Assembly (NCBI GenBank): GCA_963846575.1
Contig: CAWJWJ010000001.1
Location: forward strand, 544,001-608,000
Direction of reading: 5' to 3'
Source of the DNA: an uncultured Nitrospiraceae bacterium
GTDB taxonomy: Bacteria; Nitrospirota; Nitrospiria; Nitrospirales; Nitrospiraceae
Length of the DNA: 64,000 nt
Of the stretch, positions 58,190 through 64,000 are shown in pieces (positions within the stretch are counted from its first letter, which is position 1; each line of letters starts with the position of its first letter). The notes beneath the pieces were generated by a model. It searched no databases, was not told where the DNA came from, and worked only from the letters and a program-made list of their open reading frames with translations. A program made the position numbers and the translations under genes.

Positions 58190-59757
58190 CGCTGCACCTC
58201 GCCGGCCGCCGCCATTTTTTTCTCGGACACCTTCTTGACGAGCACTCCGACGGTTCGATTGGCCTTGGTCAGATACTGAGAGGCCACCCGCTGCACATCG
58301 GCGGGTGTCACCGCTGCAATCCGGTCGCGCGCATTGATGACATAGCGCCAACTCCCCGCCACGGTCTGGTAAAAGGCCAGCTGCGAAGCCAGTCCGCTAT
58401 TAGACCGGAGTGACCGCACGAGATCCGCGTCCAATCCATTGAGGACCCGTTCGAATTCCTTGGCCGATATGGGTTCCTTCTTCAGCCGTTCGAGTTCCTC
58501 ATAAATCGCCGCTTCCACTTCCTCGGTGGTATGGGGAGCAAGTGGGGTCGCGGCAATCACAAAGAGGTTCGGCGCACGAACGCCCGGATAGTTCGTATCC
58601 GACAGCACGGAAGCCGCCAGACGTTTCTCGCGCACCAGCGTGCCGTAGAGCCGCGACGTCACGCCTTCGGTCAGCACTTCGTCGATGACGTCGAACACAA
58701 AATCATCAGGATGCCCGATGGTCGGCTTGTGGTACCCGATGGCCAATGCCGGTTCGGCATCAAACTCGATCTCCACTCGCCGCTCCCCGCGCTGCGGAGG
58801 CTCCTCCGTGACCAGGGCCGGAATCGGAGGCGCGGCCGGGATCCTGCCGAATGTCTGCTCGATGAGAGTGATGACCTCTTTCGGATTGATGTCGCCGACA
58901 ATCGCGACCGTGGCGTTATTGGGGCCGTAATAGGTCTTGAAAAATTCCTCCGTCGCGCCCGGCGTGAGGGAGACAATGTCTGAGCCCCAACCGATGGTCG
59001 GCACGCCGTATTGATGGGCCTGGAATGCCGTGGACGTAAAGGTTTCGTAGAGCAGTCCGTTCGGGCTGTCGTCGGTGCGGAGTCGCCGCTCCTCCATGAC
59101 GACACCGCGCTCCTTGTAAAACTCACGCAGCACGGGATGCGCCATCCGATCCGACTCCAACGCCGCCCAGAGGGCCAACCGGTTGGCCGGCAGGCTGATC
59201 ACGTACCGCGTAATGTCCTTGCCGGTCGAGGCATTGAGTCCCACGCCGCCATGCCGCTGATAGAGCAACGCCATCTCGTTACCCACGACATACTCGCGCG
59301 CCTTGTCCTGCAACTCAGTGAATCGCTGCTGAAGCTGTTGCACAGCCTCGGAGTTCACCACCGCCTTACCCTCCAACTGCGCGCGTGTGGACTCCTCGCG
59401 TTCCAGCCGCTCGAGTTCCGTCCCGACCCGGGTCAACTCGTCCAGCACGGCCTGCTCTTTCTCGTAATCCTTCGTTCCAACGGTCCGGGTGCCCTTGAAG
59501 GCCATGTGTTCATACAGATGGGCCAACCCGGTCTGTCCGACCTGTTCATTGACGCCCCCGACCCCGAACGTCATGTTGATGCTGACGATGGGCGCTTGAT
59601 GCCGCTCCACCATCAGTACGGTCATGCCGTTCCCCACTTTATGTTCAATGACCCGGTCGGCCAGGCTCGGCGAGCCCGCATGGATCGGGGCGGCGGTGAT
59701 GACTGCCACCGCGAGGATCAGAAATGCTACGGTTCGTGTTCGCTGGATGCTGCTCAT
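58186..59757 (-). CDS. M16 family zinc peptidase, catalytic subunit
   Basis: Signal peptide; GLAHLYEHMAFKGT (HXXEH), NASTG.D, ER.VV.EERR. Confidence 0.92.
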   Translation of the reverse strand: MSSIQRTRTVAFLILAVAVITAAPIHAGSPSLADRVIEHKVGNGMTVLMVERHQAPIVSINMTFGVGGVNEQVGQTGLAHLYEHMAFKGTRTVGTKDYEKEQAVLDELTRVGTELERLEREESTRAQLEGKAVVNSEAVQQLQQRFTELQDKAREYVVGNEMALLYQRHGGVGLNASTGKDITRYVISLPANRLALWAALESDRMAHPVLREFYKERGVVMEERRLRTDDSPNGLLYETFTSTAFQAHQYGVPTIGWGSDIVSLTPGATEEFFKTYYGPNNATVAIVGDINPKEVITLIEQTFGRIPAAPPIPALVTEEPPQRGERRVEIEFDAEPALAIGYHKPTIGHPDDFVFDVIDEVLTEGVTSRLYGTLVREKRLAASVLSDTNYPGVRAPNLFVIAATPLAPHTTEEVEAAIYEELERLKKEPISAKEFERVLNGLDADLVRSLRSNSGLASQLAFYQTVAGSWRYVINARDRIAAVTPADVQRVASQYLTKANRTVGVLVKKVSEKKMAAAGEVQR

Positions 59758-60404
59758 ATAAATAGCTCCATCAATTCTTCCGGTCGTTCAATGAACCAAT
59801 CCGGCTGGCAGGCGGCCATCTTCTGACGGTTACCCATGCCATACCCCACCGCACAGACGCGGATACCCGCATTGTGGCCGCCATTGATGTCGTTGGTGCT
59901 GTCACCGACCAGCACGGTACGGTCTTTCTGGACGCCGAGCTGCTCCATCACATGCACCAGCATCCCCGGCTCCGGCTTGAGGCCGAAGCCGTGGTCTCCG
60001 CCGACGACGTAGTCGAAATGCTGGGCGCCCAGGCCGGTCAAAATCACATTCGTATATTCAATGGATTTGTTGGTCGCGACCGCCTTTTGTTTGGAGGCGA
60101 AATGCGTCAGCACCCGGTCGATCCCCGGATAGAACACGGTGCGATCCAGGCAATGCGCCAGGTAGTGAGTGCGGAAGACGCGCAGCGCCTCGTCATACAG
60201 CTCCTGATTGCCCTCCCCGACGGCCAGTCGCAACAGTTTCTTGACCCCGTCTCCCACGAAACCGAAGATTTCTTCCTGCGAGCGCTCCGGCTTGCCCAGA
60301 TCGCGCAGGGTCAAATTCACACTGTCGGCAATGTCCCACTTCGATTCGATCAGTGTGCCGTCCAGATCGAAGATGAGGAGATCTATATCAGCTTTCTTCA
60401 TCAT
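59754..60404 (-). CDS. HAD hydrolase, phosphoglycolate phosphatase-like
   Basis: FDLDGTL.ES, ATNK, KP.P, VGDS..DI..G..AG. Confidence 0.85.
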   Translation of the reverse strand: MMKKADIDLLIFDLDGTLIESKWDIADSVNLTLRDLGKPERSQEEIFGFVGDGVKKLLRLAVGEGNQELYDEALRVFRTHYLAHCLDRTVFYPGIDRVLTHFASKQKAVATNKSIEYTNVILTGLGAQHFDYVVGGDHGFGLKPEPGMLVHVMEQLGVQKDRTVLVGDSTNDINGGHNAGIRVCAVGYGMGNRQKMAACQPDWFIERPEELMELFI

Positions 60405-60964
60405 TCCTTCGCCTTTCGCAATTCCGCCTGCAAGGCCGCCAGGGACGCCTGCCGGGTTCCATCTTTCTCTTCGAGCAGCGCCTGTCTCACAAAACTCAGC
60501 AACCGCTTCTGCCCGACATGGGGCGGCAGAATCGGATCCATGATCTTCCACCGGGCTCCCTGCACCTTGAGGCGAACCCGCACCTGTTCGGTGCCCGGTT
60601 CCGGCACGAAGCCGGCGGAGCCCATATACATGACGCCCAGGACCTGAAACTCGACCGGCACCAACACTTCAAGCCTGCTCACGATCTCCCACTTTCTAAA
60701 ATCGTCCGGAACGGTGAACCCCGTGATCACGATGACTTTTCCCCAGACCGGCTCTTCCTTCCAATCCACCAGACCAGCCACGGACTCGAAGGAACTCGCA
60801 TCGAGTCGCACCCCTTTGTTGTCGAGTGCAAAATATTTCTCCACGACTTTGGCCGGAGAATGCGAGATGGAATTGGTTTGCGCAAAAGCCTGCACGGTTG
60901 AGAGCGCCAGCAACAGGACGCCCGACAGCACTCTTGTGGCGCGCGCCAGTCCTTGCCTGTCCAT
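60401..60964 (-). CDS. Exported hypothetical protein
   Basis: Signal peptide (AFA); 3 nt after the pyk stop; overlaps the downstream HAD start. Confidence 0.7.
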   Translation of the reverse strand: MDRQGLARATRVLSGVLLLALSTVQAFAQTNSISHSPAKVVEKYFALDNKGVRLDASSFESVAGLVDWKEEPVWGKVIVITGFTVPDDFRKWEIVSRLEVLVPVEFQVLGVMYMGSAGFVPEPGTEQVRVRLKVQGARWKIMDPILPPHVGQKRLLSFVRQALLEEKDGTRQASLAALQAELRKAKE

Positions 60965-60967
60965 GGA

Positions 60968-62422
60968 CTAGCCTACCTCGTGTAACTTCATCAGGTTGGT
61001 CCCGCCCGGATGCCCGATCTTCGTGCCGGACAGAATGACGATGCGTTCACCGGTGTTCACGAGTCCTTCCGCTTTCAATCGTCGCTCTGCCTCGTTGACC
61101 CGTTCATCGGTCGTCGGAATCTGCGCCATCGTGTAGGGCAGCACTCCCCAGTACAAGGCCATTTGCCGGCGGATCGTGGCGAACGGCGTGAACGCGATCA
61201 CCGGCGCAACCGGTCGTTGTTTGGACATGAACCGTGCGGTCATACCTCGTTCACTGAAGGCCACGATCGCGCTGGCCCCGGTCACCGACGCCGCTGAAAA
61301 GGCCGACAGGCAAATCGCCTCCTCACAGGTCAGGTGGGCCTGGTCAGCCGGAGCCCGCCGGACAAATCCCGGTCCTGTTTCAACCTCGGCCGCCCGCACG
61401 ATCCGGTCCATCACCTGGACCACTTCAACCGGATACTGTCCGACCGCCGTTTCGGCGGAGAGCATCACGGCATCGGTCCCGTCGAACACCGCATTAGCCA
61501 CGTCTGACGCTTCCGCCCGGGTAGGCCGCATCTGCTTCGTCATCGACTCCAGCATTTGGGTGGCGGTGATCACTAGCCGGCGATGACGGTTGGCCGTGGC
61601 GATGATCCGCTTCTGCAGGACCGGCACCGCTTCAGGCCCCAGTTCCACCCCTAAATCGCCGCGCGCCACCATCACCCCGTCCGCCTGCGCGAGAATGGCC
61701 TCCAACTCCGTCACCGCCTCCTGCCGCTCGATCTTGGCGATTACCGGCACGTCTCCGCCATAATCGGCAATCAGTTGCTTGGCGGCGATGATGTCTTCCG
61801 CGCCCCGGACAAACGAGAGGGCGATAAAATCGACGCCCTGCGCCACGCCGAACCGTAAATCCTCCCGATCCTTTTCCGTCAAGGTCGGTGCGCTGACGAC
61901 CGTGCCCGGCAAATTCATGCCCTTGTGGGCGGTTACGCGACCACCCGCGATCACCGTACATTCCACCGTGCCATCGACGATTCGATTCGCCTTCAACTCC
62001 ACCAGTCCGTCGTCGATGAGGATCCTGGCCCCGGGACGAATGTCTGTCGTCAGCGCGTGATAGGTGACGGGAATTTCCCGCACGGCCGAACCGTCGGCGA
62101 CCGTCCTGGCCCCGAGTTGCCCGCCGGAGCGTAGTGTCATGGTTCGCAACCGGACGGTCTGCCCTGCCAGAAGTTCGATCCCGGCGTCGGGAAGATCGCC
62201 GACCCGGATACGCGGGCCTTGAAGGTCTTGAATAATTGCTACCGCCAGTCCGTGCCGGTCGGCCGTCTCACGTATGATCTTAATCGCATGGCCGTGCGAC
62301 TCATGCGTGCCATGAGAAAAATTCAATCGAGCGGCGTTCATCCCACTCCGTATGAGCTGCTCGATGACGACCGCACCATCGCTCGCAGGCCCGATCGTGC
62401 AGACGATTTTTGCTTTTCGCAT
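60968..62422 (-). CDS. pyk: Pyruvate kinase
   Basis: KIVCTIGPAS, RLNFSHG, DLQGP, AKIE, MVARGDLG, TQMLESM, PTRAE.SDVANA. Confidence 0.97.
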   Translation of the reverse strand: MRKAKIVCTIGPASDGAVVIEQLIRSGMNAARLNFSHGTHESHGHAIKIIRETADRHGLAVAIIQDLQGPRIRVGDLPDAGIELLAGQTVRLRTMTLRSGGQLGARTVADGSAVREIPVTYHALTTDIRPGARILIDDGLVELKANRIVDGTVECTVIAGGRVTAHKGMNLPGTVVSAPTLTEKDREDLRFGVAQGVDFIALSFVRGAEDIIAAKQLIADYGGDVPVIAKIERQEAVTELEAILAQADGVMVARGDLGVELGPEAVPVLQKRIIATANRHRRLVITATQMLESMTKQMRPTRAEASDVANAVFDGTDAVMLSAETAVGQYPVEVVQVMDRIVRAAEVETGPGFVRRAPADQAHLTCEEAICLSAFSAASVTGASAIVAFSERGMTARFMSKQRPVAPVIAFTPFATIRRQMALYWGVLPYTMAQIPTTDERVNEAERRLKAEGLVNTGERIVILSGTKIGHPGGTNLMKLHEVG

Positions 62423-62631
62423 GGTCCAATTCTTCTGGCTTGACAAGATGTGGCCGGCACACCATCTTGTACGTGAGAGGCAGATTTTGCATCAGGCACC
62501 CCGGTCGACGATCGGGTCATTCTAACAAACACATCCGCATGCCGCAAAAGAACATCCACATCCCATGCGGAGAAAAGCGGCGCCGATCTCATTAAAATTC
62601 ACTTATCAACCAGGATCCAACGAGGCAATGC

Positions 62632-64000
62632 ATGAGCGCATCGGACGTGTCGCCAACCGAGCAACTGGATTTTGTCACCCTGAAGGGCTTGCTGGCTTAT
62701 GGAGAGATGCTTGCCCGCCGGACATCGAGCGACCGGTATGTCCTGCCCCCGCCGCCGCCGGCGACCGATCGACGGCAGCTCGTCGAGCAGGTGCTCCCGC
62801 GTATCAAAACATTCGTGCACGGCCTGCCGTCCGGCCTTCCCAGCGCTGAAGCCTATCGTAACGCACGGCATGACCTGGTCGCCGGGGCCTGTGGCGGAGA
62901 TCCGTTGGTCTTCTATGCGGCCTGGAACCTGCTCCTGGCGCGCGGCGAATTATCGGCCCTCTATCGAGCACCGATCGGCGCCACGCAAAAACCCGCGCAT
63001 CGCCGTCCGGTGGCCATCGTGCCGCGTGCGAACCTGACCCCGCAGCTGGCCGAAGGGCGCATCGTGCTGGATCTGGGCGACGATCGCTTCTGGCTGCTTC
63101 CCCGGGACTTGGCCGACCGCACCCTCTTTTTCACGATGCGCCACGGCGTGTCGGAAGTCGAGAGTAAAACCCATCGCGTCGGACGTCGTCTCGCCAACGT
63201 CCTGGACGAGGAACGGGGCGTTCCCAGAGCCGAAGCGGTCGGAGCGGCGTTGGCCAGGATGGTGGGCGTGGTCGGCCAGCAACTCGGCTATCTCAAGCTT
63301 CACAACTACCTGGATGCCTGCACATTTCTGCATCTGATCAGCCGGAGCCCGAATACGGAACAACTGTGCCGGCGAATCACCACGGCTCTGATGCCCGATC
63401 GGGCCGATGCGGTTCATCCCCAGTTGGAAGCGACGTTGGAATCACAAGACTTCGGCTGGGTGACCGGCATGGAAAAACAGGCGGAAGTCGAGGCGGCCGC
63501 GCAGGCGTTCGGCGTCGAGGCCAAAACCGCCAAGCGCCTGATCAAACATCCATTCTATTGTTACCCCGGAGGGCATTCATTTTTTGATCTGTATGTCGAT
63601 GTCATCGACGGCCTGCACCGGCTGGGCCACTCCCACCCCGGGCAGGTCCTCTGTCTGTACACTCACAGTTCCACCCTGCGTGCCTTACGCATCTATCTCG
63701 ATCCCCGGCCCTTCCGCGAAGCCTTCACCGAGTTCGGCGAGTACAAGGAAGGCCAGGACAACGTGGTGCTGCTCACCCTGGAAAACGGGAAACTTTCCGG
63801 CTATTCGACCGCCGTCGGATTGATCGAAAGCGATCGCGTTGCGCGTGAAGCCTGGGTCGCCACCGAACGGGAGCGAAGCCAGCGCGTGACGCTCAAGCCG
63901 CGACGGATCAAGCGCCTGCTCGCCCTGGTGTCCGGAGGGGACTTTGCAGGAGGCGGCGCCGCGTTAAAAGAATTGCGCGTCACAGGGAACCGGTTCGGCC
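62632..64000 (+). CDS. Histidine-phosphatase / 6-phosphofructokinase-like fusion protein; 3' end runs off the window
   Basis: Manual translation, frame open from ATG 62632 to the edge: TMRHG (about 63133), LESQDFG...G, PGGHSF, YTHSSTLR (histidine phosphatase fold), then IKRLLALVSGGDFAG (PFK N-terminal motif). Absent from the ORF track. Confidence 0.8.
   Translation, partial: MSASDVSPTEQLDFVTLKGLLAYGEMLARRTSSDRYVLPPPPPATDRRQLVEQVLPRIKTFVHGLPSGLPSAEAYRNARHDLVAGACGGDPLVFYAAWNLLLARGELSALYRAPIGATQKPAHRRPVAIVPRANLTPQLAEGRIVLDLGDDRFWLLPRDLADRTLFFTMRHGVSEVESKTHRVGRRLANVLDEERGVPRAEAVGAALARMVGVVGQQLGYLKLHNYLDACTFLHLISRSPNTEQLCRRITTALMPDRADAVHPQLEATLESQDFGWVTGMEKQAEVEAAAQAFGVEAKTAKRLIKHPFYCYPGGHSFFDLYVDVIDGLHRLGHSHPGQVLCLYTHSSTLRALRIYLDPRPFREAFTEFGEYKEGQDNVVLLTLENGKLSGYSTAVGLIESDRVAREAWVATERERSQRVTLKPRRIKRLLALVSGGDFAGGGAALKELRVTGNRFG

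Overview
About 64 kb of a GC-rich (roughly 60%) bacterial chromosome. The gene content (copper nitrite reductase NirK, tandem stand-alone PilZ genes, an outer-membrane beta-barrel family, a histidine-phosphatase/PFK fusion) suggests Nitrospira or Nitrospirota; this is an inference. Housekeeping genes: tRNA-His(GTG), pyrF, rpsT, holA-lptE-leuS, der, pyk. Accessory modules: an envelope cluster (OMP, TRL-like lipoprotein, OMP pseudogene, DUF4105, DUF3015); two ECF sigma/anti-sigma loci; c-di-GMP genes (HDOD, pseudo-receiver-GGDEF, three PilZ); a 1588-aa TPR/acidic-linker membrane protein with repeated PW[DE] motifs; a putative glucosyl/mannosyl-glycerate osmolyte cluster; an orphan and apparently decaying kdpD-kdpE-porin locus; a protease-rich run (M16 pair, M50, HEXXH membrane protein, macro domain, HTH-MBL). 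Two genes missing from the ORF track were found at the edges: an OMP (<1..388) and a histidine phosphatase-phosphofructokinase fusion (62632..>64000). No CRISPR array, integrase, transposase or rRNA was seen. All family assignments come from motif recognition by eye, without database searches.
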